A stretch of DNA of 64,000 nt from Octopus vulgaris (GCA_951406725.2 OX597825.1:39432001-39496000); one strand, 5' to 3'. Shown: positions 40,352 to 55,260, numbered from the stretch's first letter. Notes: a model not told the origin generated them from the letters alone. A program made the numbers and translations.

Positions 40352-41063
40352 ATGTATATATATTGCTATTCTCCAAGAAATTCAATATGTCATTTCTTCA
40401 TCCTGGTATTTCTGTGATTTTCTTATATTTTTGTCTTACTCATTTCATATCCATTTTCAATTTAATTTCGTATGTTTCCGCAGTTTCCTCACTCCAATTA
40501 AGCAATGGCAGATTAAATTATGTTGATTTATTTGAATGTTACCGCTTTCTAATTAACATAGTTTATTTAATTCTTTTTTTTTCTGTTTTTGCTTTCTTCA
40601 ATGGATATGTCTTCCAAACGATGAGTATGAAACCGCGGCAATGATTTTGTTTAGCTTAACATTTCTGAATATCGTTTTTCGTGTGATAATAAAGATTTCA
40701 GTTGTGGGCATCTATAATCTTTCGAAAGTTATACAAATGAGATGTATGATTATACGATACTGATGCGTTAGTACTAATAGTACATTTTTTCACCTCTATT
40801 AATACTGAAGGTTATTTTTTTCCTTAAGTAGTGAAATATATAATTATAATGACAAAAATGGTACAGTAGTAAAAAAATGATCGATGCAATACAAAGTTAC
40901 TTTAGATTAGTAATTTCTAATTCAAAAGCCATGGATGAAATATCAAATACATCCACCGATCAGCGTTTTACATCGGAAATGGTTGTCTTCAAGCTGCCAT
41001 ACATATGACAGCAGACATGTTGACTTGAGTAATTCATGTGAATTTACTGGGCAAAGAGTCTCA
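39575..41063. repeat. Palindrome B: 1489 bp, ~720-bp arms around (TA)n, no spacer
   Basis: tgagactctttgcccag... / ...ctgggcaaagagtctca; about 4 differences seen. The ORF track shows the same peptide at 40115..40345(-) and 40296..40526(+). Confidence 0.97.
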
Positions 41064-44000
41064 TTTACGTATCAGCATTCGTCTTCTCCCACTAATATCT
41101 TTTTAAAAATCAGCGAAAAGTTGATCGAAGAGTAAAATATTTACGTTTGAAATCTGAGACAGCAGACTGAAAAAAACTTGACGGATATTATTGACTATAT
41201 GAAGTTGTGCACGATTTTATAGTGAATTCGGCTGAGTTACTCTACATAATAAGTAGCTTGGAATATTTCCCATGAAAGCAAAATTAAAAACTGAAACATG
41301 CATGTAACCGCGACATACATAGTTTTGACATGCAAAAACGCCATATGTACAGCTCTTCACTATCTGTAAATTTCATTACCAATGTTAATGATAACTCAAA
41401 AGTATAGTCAGACTACTATTTTCTAGAAGCCAGCGGTAATCCCTTTGCAAAATACGTTTTGGGAAAATCCACCAATTGACTTATTTATCAGAGTGGTACC
41501 AATGATTTTGCTAGAAAATTCGTCTCTTCAACACGCTAAATATTATTTTATACGATGCTGAATTGGGAACTACAAAAGTCGTATTGGGATCACTTGATAG
41601 ATTCTTACACACAGTACAGCCAGAGTTGGTCGAAGCTTAATCAAGAATGCATTTGTTTGAAGTAGGTGATGAGTGGTATATGTGAATGTAGAAACACGCA
41701 TTAGTCAATTCATCGTTAAGAAAATAATGTTGACTGCAACCATAACACCTCTCTTCGCCTCCTCACCTCACACTGCCAATCCTCATGTACAGCTAAAAGT
41801 CTTCTTAGAGGACGGTATGAATATCAAAGAAACATCTTTTGTGAACATTTTCTCTACCAGAAGGAGAAATGGACAGAATAACCAGGCAAGCAGCTGTTAC
41901 ATGACAAAACAGAGAAAATCACATCATACTTGGGGTGTTGTATAACTCAATCAAGGTGCAAGTTTTCAATTTTTGCTCTAGTTTATATTTGTGTTGAGGA
42001 CGAGGACGTAAACATAGTCTCATATTATATTAATCTGGATGGACCATATTAAACATTGTGATTATTTTTCTATTCAGAGGCGCATGGCAGTGTGTGGCAA
42101 CATACATCTGCGTCGTATGTAACCGAGCTACAATCTCAGCAACCTCTCTAGTCTAAACTCCAGTATGGATATCAGCTTCAAATGTTATGTCACCATGTCC
42201 TATTGCGTAGTCCCAATATTATCGTATATGTTTTGATACAGCTTTCTTGTGTATAGCGTCGTAGAGCAGAATGAATGCTTGGCGTGTGAATGTGAAATTT
42301 TGTGTATTTTTATAAATTTTGTGTATTTTTATTGTGTTTACATTTTGATTCAGGGATTCTCACGTAGGTGATGCTCCTCTTTTCAAAGTTTTTATAATTA
42401 TCTCATTCACTGATTTAGATGTTTTAGCTATGCTGCTAATATTTTGCTTCTGTTGATGTTACAACTCTTCTCTTTGATATTGTTGCAATTGCTGTTTTTA
42501 TTGTGTTTGCATGGAGGTAGATCTCACTCAACATTACTAAGAAGGGAAATCTTTCACTTGCTATCACTGTCACGAGTAGCAAATATGCCTATATTGCATT
42601 TTATAACAATTCTTCTCGGATTACTACTCTTAAAATATATGAAACCAATTTTCTTCCACAGTTTTTCGGGCGTAACCGATACTTCTAGCTAGTATTTTGA
42701 ACGATTCATAAGGGGACCATCTGAACTTAAAGGGAATATAATGTTCACAATTTAATACTAAAATACTGTGTATTTTTCCAGAACTCCTGCATTTATAAGT
42801 TCAACTTTTAAAGGGCATCTGGCATAAATATTTCTAAAAACTTCTTAGAAGACTGGGTATTTTTCCGTTTCTGTTTCCTCTGCAACATGGTCTCAGACAG
42901 CTTGCATTCTGCAGCTTTTTCTTTTCATCACCTATATGATGCCATGCAAACCTTCTTGTATGTTCATTAATCCAGATCATCTTTTCTCATGTCTTTACTG
43001 TTCGTATTAGGGCAAGTACGAATATACATTCTTCATGTTTTAGCCTGAATTCCGCCGTGACGATTAGCATAGGAGTCCAACAGAATATCATATACAAATG
43101 ATGCAACACGATTATGACATGAAACAAAGCTGAAATTCTACATAATCAAATATGCTAAACACAACATCTCTCGACGATCCAAAATAGAATTGTTTGGCAT
43201 TGGAAGTTCATATATGGAATATTCTCATCTTCAAATATCCATACCACAGGAGAGGACCCTTTGAAATTGTGCACACTACTTCTAGAAGAATAAAAGATTT
43301 AATTCTTAATTAAAATTCCTCCGTCTATTTATCTGTTTGGAATATAAGATGCAGGCCGCATGAAAACTTCCTTTAAATTACTGACCGACCAGAGATGGTC
43401 GTGTTACGTCTTCTGTATAACATTCTAACATCACATTTTTGTTACTAAAATTAAAAGGATGGTTTCATGAGCGATATTATGTAATGTTTTGAGTTTATTA
43501 TTCAATTTTACATTTTAGATAAACTCAGCATTTACAATGATCATACCCTGCAGCACTATATCTACGTGTTGCAAAATAAAAACAGAAACTTTATTTTTAT
43601 CTGTCAGTAGTACACCACAAGCTTTAGAAATATATCTGTATCCGAGTAATTTTCGTTAAAACAAGCTTTAAGGAGTAAAATAATAATTCGGAAAACGTAT
43701 TCTCAAAACGATCAGTTTCATAGCAGCAAATTCTCAAATTTAATGGGATTACAACTAATCTGATTTTACCACTCATCGGCAGAGATATATTTACTATGTG
43801 AACAGACTCCTCTTTCAAGCATTTTATGGGATTTCTTGGGTTGGTTTCTCTTTTTTCTCAGACGTGATTAATACATCTGCTTTACTGAATCAGCTACCTG
43901 TCACTTCCTAAATTTATATGCCTTAGGTTTGTTCCATATCATCTTTCTATTAATATTTTCCGCATTCGCTTATTCATTTATATTGGACTGCTTTCCATGT

Positions 44001-45179
44001 TACGTTTGACGGTACAACAAGTAACCGGGCAATTTTTAAGACATCTTAGAATCTGGATTATTTTCAAAATTAAACTCAATCTTGGCAAACACTTTACTGA
44101 TTGCTTGATCAATTCAGAAACTGGAATAGCGTTGGCAAATGGCCAATACTTAATAGCAGCGGCGAGAATAGTTTTCTTGCTACCAAAAGTTTTCCATGCA
44201 AACATATTAGAAGCGGGGGATGTAGCAGTGGATGTGCTGTAGATGTTCCTATTCCTTTCTTTGTCGCCATACTTCTTTTTTTAACGCCGTTTTATTGTTG
44301 TTGTACTTGCTGATAATTGCTATTGCAGTGATGAATTTGCTGTTGGTGTCGTCCTCTTTGCCTTATATGATGGGTTGTTTTTCTTCTCCGTGCTAGGCAT
44401 GTTGAATTTGCTGCTGATTCAATTCTCTTCGCCTTGCTGTTAGATTTAGATGTATTGGGGATAGTTGTGGCGTCACTGTTGTAAAACATCTTTTAATATT
44501 ACTATCCTTATCTTTGTTACTTTTTTATTCATCTTCAACAAGTCTTACGTTATCATTTGTGGCTGCGGTGGTGGTAGTTGCGGTGGCATTTGAAGCACAC
44601 GGCGATCGTTAATTTCGAGAGTTTGAGCTTGCCGAGCAATCACTATTTAGTTCCGCCTTTTACTTCTCAAAAAAATATTCAGAGAACAAGCTCACAAAAA
44701 GTAAAATTCTACATAACACAGCTAAAACACTAGGAAATTCTTTGCGTCTTTTGGGGGCTGGTCAGATTAACATGAGCGAATATAAATATAAAATTTAACG
44801 ACAATTCGTTGTTACACCAAAATAATATTTAAGGCCAATTCAGCAGGATAACAATAACATCACCAACACCACCACCATCACTACTACCACCACCACCACC
44901 ACCACCACCACCACCACAACCAGCACCACCACCAAAGACAACAACAACAATAACAGCCGCAGCAACGACAGCAACAGCAAAAATAATAACACTAATAATG
45001 TTCCCCTTATTTCATCACTGAGAATTTATGTAAAAAATTGGGGATGGCACAAAGCAACACAGACGAAAAAGAGGGAAGTTAATCGTTCAAAAAGGTAATA
45101 ACAATAAAAATTGTAACAAATAAATCCACAAAAGCAGGAGGATGCTAAGGGCTGCTCATGGAAACCCACAAAACCTGCA

Positions 45180-46930
45180 ATCGACCTGATCTCTAGGGTA
45201 AGTACCTCTCCATTTCATCTACCCTAGATCTAGAGGGGTTCACCCAGACCATTCACTCCACATCCACCCACCTTTAAGCAAAATTGCTGGGCGGCAGCAA
45301 TTCACTCTGCACCCTCACTTTATTTTTCAAGTTTCACTTAAATAAAATTAATGAGAGCTTGACCAAAAAGGAAAGAAATTTTGCTTACTCTTCCGCCCAA
45401 ATGAAGGCGGCGGAGCGTTCTTCATGATGCATTCAGCTGAAATCCAGATCCGTCCAACACGAGACAATGAGTGTTCGATATAAACCCAGAAACCATCAAT
45501 GGTCGAGCACTGAACGACAATGTGCAAGAAGTTTCGTCGTTACGTGGGCACTTTGGGCAAGTCTGTAGAGATTATCCCGAAGTAGCAATGTGTCCAGTAG
45601 CTCTGTCAGTCTAGGGATTTCTGGAAGTTAACACTGGGCTCGGAATTGAGCAACCAACTCCTTTTCATCGATGTCCAGAGTCTCCCCAAGAACATCGTCG
45701 CACTTCCCCGCCACTAACCCTCTATAGAACGTCTGAGTGGAACTTCTACCGACTGCCTAACGACATTCTAGGTTCCAGGTGTTCTGCTTTGCTCTACGCT
45801 TGATCCTTAACTGCAGCTCATACAAACAGACTATATGGGGGAAACAGTGATTAACGCTGCTTACTGTCTAGGAAAAGCTGAATATTTCGCAGCTTCAGCG
45901 CATGTTTACGAATCAGCAGCAACACCATACCCATCCGCCCCACCATTAAGAGAGTGCTGACAACAAATTGAGCACCTGAGAAGTGGAGTCTGCTCCTTCC
46001 TCAGAAAGCACAATAGTATGCGCTGCAGTTTGTTCAGACGTAAACTAAGGCAAGACATGACGGTTAGGCGATAATATATGATGGAATCGATGTATAAATT
46101 TGCTAATTCTGCCCTACTTTCTCACGGCATATTTCTGGGTGAGATTGGCCACCCTGCCCGTCTCTTCATCCTAGATCTACACCACCTGGAGCTCAGAACC
46201 AAATCAGGCCCTGCGTAATTTAACCGGCCCTACGCCCAACTGAGTTACTGAATGGCATAGACCTGCGTCTCCAGATGCCAAGTTGCAGGTCTACTTAATT
46301 TTGTTGGTTAGTTTTTGCGCCTGTCATTGACTCCTATTACTTTAAATCATTGGCAACCCGGTCTATGTGCCTGGGGCTTGACACTATAATGGTGACTTTG
46401 TCTGCGTATGCTTATGCGGCTATTCCAAGTTCGCGTCCGTGCGGAATGCCTCACAACGGTTCCAATTTCCGCACTCATAGCCTAATACCCTATATACGGG
46501 AGAGACGAGAGAGACCGAACGCATGATGTTAGACGGTTCTGATAGGTAACCACACACCCGAACTACCGAGCGAATATCGCAGTACATTGCAGCGATCCAG
46601 CCACGGGAAACGGACCGAAATCGCCTGCCGGGTGAACGGCCGCCAATTACTGGAGGTCGACCCTATCGAAAGCTTTAGATTGACACAAATTGATTTCGGC
46701 ACCACTTATGCTAAGTTCCTTATCTACGAGGTATCGCATAAGGTGGAGGTTGTCGTGACTGGATCTGCTTGGGATTGCACATGGTTTTGCATCGCCAATC
46801 AGTTTCTCGACAGCAAGCGCTAACATTTTACTAACGCGTCAGTAAATATTTTGAAGTCAGTGCTCATCAGCTTTATGAGCATAAAGATTTCTATATGACT
46901 CACCTTATTTTGGTCCTTTATTAGCAGTGC
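45180..46930 (-). mobile_element. L1/Tx1-like LINE ORF2 remnant (RT to 3' end), heavily decayed
   Basis: Minus-strand peptides LMSTDFKI, CAIP..SHDNLHLMRY, KAFDRVD, AYADKVTII and GPDL. Confidence 0.78.
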
Positions 46931-49900
46931 AACCGTCAATGGGCATAAAAGCTTGTCGGTTGGACAGTCTCTTTTCACAAATGGCCACTATATCGATTAC
47001 TCAGTGACCTGTGGTTTTTGAGTTGATGGCCTTGTAATGTGAGATGAAAGTATAAAAGCGGAAAAGGTCATTTACTATGATTTAGTTGGTAAGGAGGGGG
47101 CTGATATTCCATTCCCATAAGAATGGAATATTAACCCAACTAATGGAAAAACAAATAGGATGTAAAAGTACAGATTTGTTTTACAAGACGGAGTATTATA
47201 TTAGAATCAACAGCGAAAGTATTATACGAGGCTAATTCGATACTTTTCAAAACTGAAAGGCGATTTTTAATGTGCATAAATAAATGCATACAAAAATTAA
47301 CATAATTAAAATATGCCATACATAGTAGTACGGACTGCCACATTTTCTTTCATATTTTTTACCAACGGGTGTAAATTATTCATATTTGATTAGAAATTTC
47401 ATATATTTCACAACAAATCACACGGACTTATACTTACATTGCAGCAAATATTTTGAACATGATTAGTTACATCTTGTTGTATGGACAGAAACGCCTTATA
47501 GATATACTAGGTATTGGTTTTAGAAGACATTTACTCGTACAAACAATATACATAAGCCTCAGTGACTAAACAAGGAAAGACAGTTTCAATACGAGGATAA
47601 ACATATGTAGATTGATTTGATCATTCGTGAGCATTAACACCGTAATCAGGAGTATTTGCGTCGTACATCATATCGAAGCTCCATGACATACTTCATACTT
47701 GAAACTTATGCACGTCATAATATAGGTAGGCATACACATACACACGCACGAAACACATGTCTATGTAATTGGTTTCTTCTCTATGCAAATATATATGAGC
47801 CTATGTTTTATGTGTCTAAGGACCAACATGTAAGTATGCAAACAGGTATGCAATGTAGGTTGTAAATGTAACACACACCTTCCAAATATACAGATTGTAA
47901 TATGGTTTTCTCGAGATTTATGACATTTACAGTTATATTTTTATGTTTGAAATAACCATCATTTATCCGAATGTTTGTTTATTAGCGATAAAATCTGATA
48001 TATCAAACGCCAAATATTTCCTTGAACTCTTCTGATGTATATGGATACTTATTCCTTCACTGTACCTGTTTTAATTTATGTGCATGCAAACATACTTACG
48101 CAAACATTTTTATATTTTTAATATATTCATGTGCAAGTGCGAATGTATTTCTGTGAATGTATCTGTTGTTCGATTTAGATGTATATATGCCACTCTATCT
48201 ATGCGTGTGTACGTGCGTGTGTGTGTGTGTACCTCTGTGCGTGTATGTGTGTATGTGTAAATATGTGTTAGTGACTTTAACATTCGTCACGACCTGTCCA
48301 CATTTTCAGCCCATTTGCTTTGCTAAATTAGTAATTGATGTGCAAACAATTTGAACAATTTCAACTCAAAGACATTTTATGATGACCTTTTAGGTGTTTT
48401 ATATTAATAGTAGATTACACGATATAGATTTTATGTTGCCATAAATAATGGTTGGACAAATATATATTTTTAAACTTATCATATTTTGTTTAATCATGTC
48501 TGTCTACATTTAACTAGTTTCTAAATTGGTACAGTGACTTTCGGGAGATGATATATACCACCATATCCAATTGACCTCCATTCATTGGTACATATATATA
48601 AAAAAAAAACGGTGTGAATGCTGTTTTTGTTAGTGTAATACTATGATATTCGATGACATACCTTTGAAAGTTGTGGTAATTTACAGTGACGGCGCACTCT
48701 GAGTTTTTATAATGCCTTGCTTCGGGTGCGAAGGAATTTCAAATGATACTCAAACAAATATTGTTTCGATTTGAAAGTCATTCATATTTATAGTTACAGC
48801 TTTCATTTTAAAAGAAAATTAATGTATATGTACTGGTATATGGAAAAATGTATGTAATACATACACATAAATCTTCCATAGACAATGGGCCTCAAAAACC
48901 TGTTTAAATTACATAACAAATTGAGATACTAAAAGTGAAATAGTTATATCGCTTAAACTCTGTATTTGATAAAGCGAAGGCGATTGCTGCGCAAGCGTTT
49001 ACTTAGATTTCTAGACTTATAATACGTTTTGCACAATACATTTTCTTTAAACATACGCTTAAACATCAAACTTGCAGCAAATACAATATTTCATAGACGT
49101 TTAAAATGTGTAAAATAAAAATGCTAAAAATATGTAATATAAATTTGTGCGCTTTCCAAACATTATAATACGTCAATACATTACTTAATTTCTAAAGCCA
49201 TGTAAGAATGCAGGTATTTTTACTTTTTGCATTACTCTGATATTATAGAAATCAGTAACGCTGAAGTTTTACATGTAAAGTTTTACCTGTAGCACTATCT
49301 GAAATCTACCTGTGTATGCCAAAATTATATATCCTTCTTATTGATTTTATTACACAAAAAGTACCAATTTAATACATATTGCTTCCTAAAGCGTTGCAGT
49401 TTGTCTAATAATGGCAAGCATTTACTACAGACGTGATATAATAAATCAAAGGTACTCAACCTATTTTGGTCAAAAGTCCCCTTTTGACCCTTGGAGTCAC
49501 AAATGTCCGTCCTAGAAAATATTTTTAGTTTTCAATATACTATTTATTTTGATATCAGAAGAATATTATTAAAAAAAATGGATGTCATTTTACATATACG
49601 CTTGTACACAGTCGGGAGCACATATGTACAAACTGAAATGCAAAAAAAAAAATAAAGACATTATGAATTGAAAGTTTGGTATTTGCATTTATTTCCACTA
49701 CGCGACACTTATGAGATGAACATGCTGTATCGAAAGAGTGCTTTTTTGGTACAAGTAAATGCCGATGAGATCATTTCAAACATTTCCGATTTCCATTATC
49801 AAAACATCTAGAAGCTGTGCAACAATCTGTCATATAAGTTATCGTAACCCGGGAAGAGGATTTTTATGCGCAATAGTGTATTTGAGAGAAATTGTTGAAA

Positions 49901-50599
49901 TACATGTGTACTTTATATGAGTAGGAAATTGTGGAGGATGGTATTCACTGTACCTGGATCTAGTTAGTTTGAGACAGAAAATATTAATTTGTTTTTATGT
50001 TTCTGTCCATTGCTTGATACAAGAAACTGGAAAATCCTGACCAAAACAAAGAAAATCTACTATGACAAAATATATAGGAGGAGAAACAAAACGTTCTGTT
50101 TTCCAAAGCCAAAAGATATGTTTTTAGCTGGAGTGTACTTTTATAATCAAAACATTCAAACTGTAAATTTCAGAGGATAAGACTTACCGCGTTATCAGGT
50201 GTATAGCCGCAGTTCAAATGGGTATTAAATAGAAAATAAGTGTGTGTGTATGTGTGTGTATTTGTGTGTGTGTGTGTGTGTGTGTGTGTTTATGTGTGTG
50301 TGGCTGGGGTTTTAATAGCCATGGGCCAATTTAAGTTCAATCGCAGAAAAGAATTCAAATCGGCAACACACGCAATCATATACGTACAATCAAAACCATA
50401 TATAAGCACGCATGCACAAATACATATCTATCATACACTCCCAAAAGCCAGCTTGATCCAAAGTTCTGACCACTATTTTTTTAATATTGCACTCAAACAC
50501 ACACACACACACACACATACACACTCAGCTTTTCGCTTTTATAAGTCAAGGAAATTCATCAGATTACAACTATGTAGGAAGTACCCCTTTGAGAATACC

Positions 50600-50945
50600 A
50601 TATGCACCAATGATAGCTGGATGATATGTAGTATTAACTGTAGAACTCGAAATGTAGATTACAGCATAAGATGCATAGAAGGTTCTTGTAAAGACATGAA
50701 CATGACGTACCTAGGGGAAACATCCAGGAGCATTGCAGAAAGACTAAATGAACATCTGAGACAATTTGAAGACAAAAACAGTCCTCCATACTCTACCAAT
50801 ATACCAAAACCACCATGAAGGCAACTTGGGTCAACTTGACATCCGCATATTATCCACGCACCCAAACGACCAAACACTGAGACAAATACGGGAGTACGTC
50901 CTTATAAATGAAACTTCCACAATACTAAATAGGAAATATACATAG
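50600..50945 (+). mobile_element. Penelope-like GIY-YIG endonuclease remnant
   Basis: NCRTRNVDYSIRC...C...YLGETSRSIAERLNEHL, then after a frameshift ...LRQIREYVLINETSTILNRK. Confidence 0.85.
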
Positions 50946-53169
50946 TAGATATCATACTTCCATACCCAGAGTTTACACATGTAGAGAATAGTTAGTGGGC
51001 TGTTATGTAGATAGACGTATGTATTTATGTGGGGGGTATATATGTGTATATGCACATGTATGTAAGTATATGGATATGAAAGTAAACAGATCAACATACA
51101 CACGGATAGGTATATAGGTTATACGAACAGACAAGCACACATACACAAATGTTGACTGAAACACATGACCATATATACACGCACTTTACACAAGGACACA
51201 TAGGCAAACACGTGTCCACAAGTATGGAGATGCAAATTTATACATACAAACATGGTACTTGCAAAACACACACACATAGACATGCACACACAAGGATGTG
51301 CATACATATAGAAACACACGCTCACACACATGCATAAAAATACACAAACACGGACATGCAAACACATGAATATGCAGAACACATACATACAGATTCACAG
51401 ACGTTCATATATACATATGCATACACACTCATATATACATACACACACATACATATACACATGCATGCATAGGCACTAAAACACACGCTGACCCATACTT
51501 GCGCCCAAACGGACAAAAAGGAACGCAATGTAAATAACAGACAGAGTCAAGACTATTGAAAAGGCTGCAAGATGAAACGAAAATTTTAGGAAATTAAAAA
51601 TAAGGAATAAGCGGAAATTGTACCTTTGAGTGTGTTAAATTATAAGGCATAAAAAGAAAATGACTCTACCCAGACACAACAGAATATGCTTTAACATACG
51701 AACTCACATAAAGAATCTTGCAAACCAAATCCAAAAACGAAATATAATCACTCTTTTTTTTCAATTAATTGTCTGTCACTATTCATCTGTCTGTAGATTT
51801 TGTTTTCGTTTTGAGGTTTCTCTTTAGCGACACAAGTTACTCAGGTTACCAGGAATTTGCTTGGTGTCGTCAAAGGGGAAAAAAAATTTAAAACTTCTTG
51901 AAAATTTGAACTAAAAAGCATGTTTATTTTTAAACTGACTTTCGCAGAGATGTGAAAATAGGGCTACTACTCGTTAACTTGAAATTAAACTTACCAAAGG
52001 CGAAGGTCTTCCATCGCCTGCACCTCTCTTAACACCCCCTTTGAAACCCATCGCTGCAAAACGCTCCCTCGTGCTCCAAATGACCCTCCGGGTGGTCATA
52101 TGTCCCCTTTGAGAATCGCTGTACTAAATGAAAGCGATTCTAGGATCGTAACTGTCATGTCACTCAGGAATCCTACGAATTCATTGTTTTCGAGCGTATA
52201 AGAAGATGTAACACTTCAGTGGAAATATATACTTCACACAAACTGAAAACTGAAGATGTTTCCTACAGTTGTGATCTATAAAATGACAAATGAAAAATGT
52301 AATAGTGACAAGTTTAAATAGATAAGTTACAGTGAAGACCCAAGGGATAAAAACATTATTCCTGGTAGATATAATTGAACACTGGCAAATATAATGGAAC
52401 ACGAAAGATATGGAAGTGGTGTGTACCAGTGTCACCTCAAGAACGGGTGTATCAATATTATCGAGACCATGTTAGATATTCTACATAGTTTACTTTATAA
52501 AGAAGTCTATTTATTTGTAATGGCTTTCAAGAAAAATGTTGTGTTGTAGACAAACCATCTTCATCAGCATCTTTATTATTATCATTATTACTGTTCGTCT
52601 ATTGAAGGGTGTCACAAATTGTCCCGTAGATTTGTATTTATTCATTTTGTTACGCATTGTTATACATTGTATATTTCTTATCGCTACTTAGTTATAATAA
52701 TCAGGAACTTTGGAAGCTGGTTAGTTGTTTTCTATCTATAGGTCTTAGGGTCTATTTTGGTGTTAGTTTGGGCTAAGACGCGCTTTTCTTTTTCTAATTT
52801 TGATAAAACCACACATGGCGAACGAATATTGGCCGCCCTCTAAAAGTAGCAGTCCGAAAAAGAGACAGCCAGTTCGTAAAAGAAAGTGACTACTGCTGTA
52901 GCAGCAACAATAAGAACAACAACGCACGTGTGTGTGAATGTGTGGGGGCTATGAAAGCAATTTTCCCTTGTTTCCAACATTCAATATCGTAGAAACCAAA
53001 ATAAATGAATGAAAAAAGCGACAATACAAGCGAGAACACTTCCACCTCCACCGCTGGTTGAAGTAACAGGTCCAACATCATCACAACTACCACCACCACA
53101 AACCACCACCACTACAACCACCATCACCACCACCATCACCAACATCATTGCTAAGAAACAGAAAACGAA

Positions 53170-55260
53170 AAAGTGAATGCAATTCCAGTCAAAATCACTT
53201 TGACTTTGGAAGCAAAACCAGAGAAGTAAGTGAAGTCATTTTTATACACGAAAATGAATTCAAGATTGCGAAATATTTTAAAGAAATATGGCAGAAATGT
53301 GGTACAAAACATTTCTAGAAATGTCCATCATGAAATTAATTTCTGGGTGGTTATTTATAAAAAAATTGGAGCTAAAAGTAGAAAAATGGAGCAGGTAAAA
53401 CGGCAACAGATAGCCAGGAATAAGAAATATAGGACTGACGATGTGAAGTTCGCCTCGGAGGAGGAGGCCAAATATCCCTCGACAGTTACCTTAACAACTG
53501 AGGAGGCAATCCTAATACACATCTACCATTCGACTTACGGATAATAGCTGCACTGGATAGAACAAAGTTTCACGTGACTTTTGAGGGCAGAAAATAAAGA
53601 TGTACATTTGCGACGACACAAATTACCTCATAGTTCTCTGTCCGCAACAAAAGAAAGACGTGAGCCCCCACCAATATTGCTGACATCACCACTGCCATCA
53701 CCAGTAGTAGCAACAACACCGAGAACAACAATGGAAACAACAGTAGAGAAATCACCAACATCGACTGCAGCAAAAAGAACAGTATCAGAACCCCCCAGCC
53801 AAACCACAACAATCACAGAATGCCCTCCCGCATCCGGAGCTAGCAGACGTAACCTACTTTGAGGGGGAACAGGAAGATGAAGCAACAACAAAATGAAAAA
53901 TAAAAGAGGAAGAAACGGACTTCACACATCTCAACACCAGGAAACATTCTGAACTACACAGCAAAAGATACCAAAAAAATGTCGTATATAACCATACACA
54001 CATTACACGCACCGGTTTCCTCATGCCGAGAAACAACACACCAGCACATATTAAAGTCATACAAATATTACAACACACATTTAAGACCATGAAAACAAAA
54101 TATCCCGAAGAGACACATGAATAGACAATATGTAAGTAACTGCACGTGGAAACATCCACACTTACCTATGGGGGCAATGCATCAGTCTCTTTTGCACTAA
54201 TTCTCACTAAGTAGACTCTTCTGCTTCTATACTTTGATATCACATGACCCTGTTCAGTTTAGGCATTATAAACCTACGTATCCTGGGGTAACTAGGGAAA
54301 CAAGGACATCTAATTCACTACCACAGGTCAAATACAGTCGACGTAGTGACCATCAGGGAAACCAGACATCGGACAGACAAGCTTGATTGCCCATTTTCGG
54401 TGGATACGAGATATATCTATCACCGTGACAACCGGGAATGGGTGGTGAAATGATGGTGTTTATTCGGAAAGTCCTGAATATCAAGATTAGGCCTATCTTC
54501 CCGGACTCCGAAGTTAAGTTTGTGGTCCTGTATGTGAACAGTAGAGATGGAGATGTCTTGAGACTGATGGCTGGTAATTTTCTAACAGGAGCAGGACAAC
54601 CGGATTTCCTCAGACGTCTCGAGATTTTTCTAGGAACGACCAGAATTTTAGTGTTTGCGGACGACTGAAACGCCGTCTTGAACCTACGTTTGGACTGTGT
54701 GGAGATAGCTCATAGAAGTGTTAAAATCCTCGGAAACTTGCTTAGACATGTCTAACTGTCTCACAAATATCGACAGGATTTTCCTGACGTGCCAGTGTGT
54801 ATATGGTTAAATCACATCGGGTCATTCAGATCGTATCTAGACAAGATATTCTGTAGGCCAGTAGATAATATAAGATGTCCACTTTTTAAACTGGGCAGCT
54901 ACACAAACCACAAATTTGTGATATGTACGGTTCACGTAGATAGGATTAGAAGGCAGGATCCCGGTTGCCGGAAGCAAAACGCGTCACTCCCGGATGGCCA
55001 AGCTTTCAAGTACCGGATTACAAATTTAATTAAGCGTGTTTTGACGGGGGCAATCGTCAACAACAAATGGTGGTTTACTCCGGCAAACGGCAATTAGAAT
55101 AGAAGCAGTTAGATTTAGTAAGTCATTGAAACTTTTTAAGAAGTATAAAATAAACAGGAATTTAGTTAGAAAGTTACTTCAGAAAATCATTGCAACGGAC
55201 GTGTTGGCCGCGAGATTGTCCCTGGATCAATTCTCAATGCTAAAAATTGAAGTTGACGTA
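53170..55260 (+). mobile_element. L1/Tx1-like LINE 5' part: ORF1-like remnant plus APE endonuclease remnant
   Basis: From ~54250: INLRIL...VDVVTIRETR, GGEMMVFIRK, DSEVKFVVL, LVFADD*NA, SYLDKI, YTNHKFV and DPGCRKQNAS (from GYWKLNAS). The upstream ORF1 assignment is weaker. Confidence 0.75.

Noticed and set aside
39985-40644. Pair of identical divergent ORFs
   Set aside because: They are a by-product of palindrome B and have no protein features.
51900-52121. hAT-like terminus (tttgagaatcgctg)
   Set aside because: Only one end is seen, with no partner TIR or 8-bp TSD.
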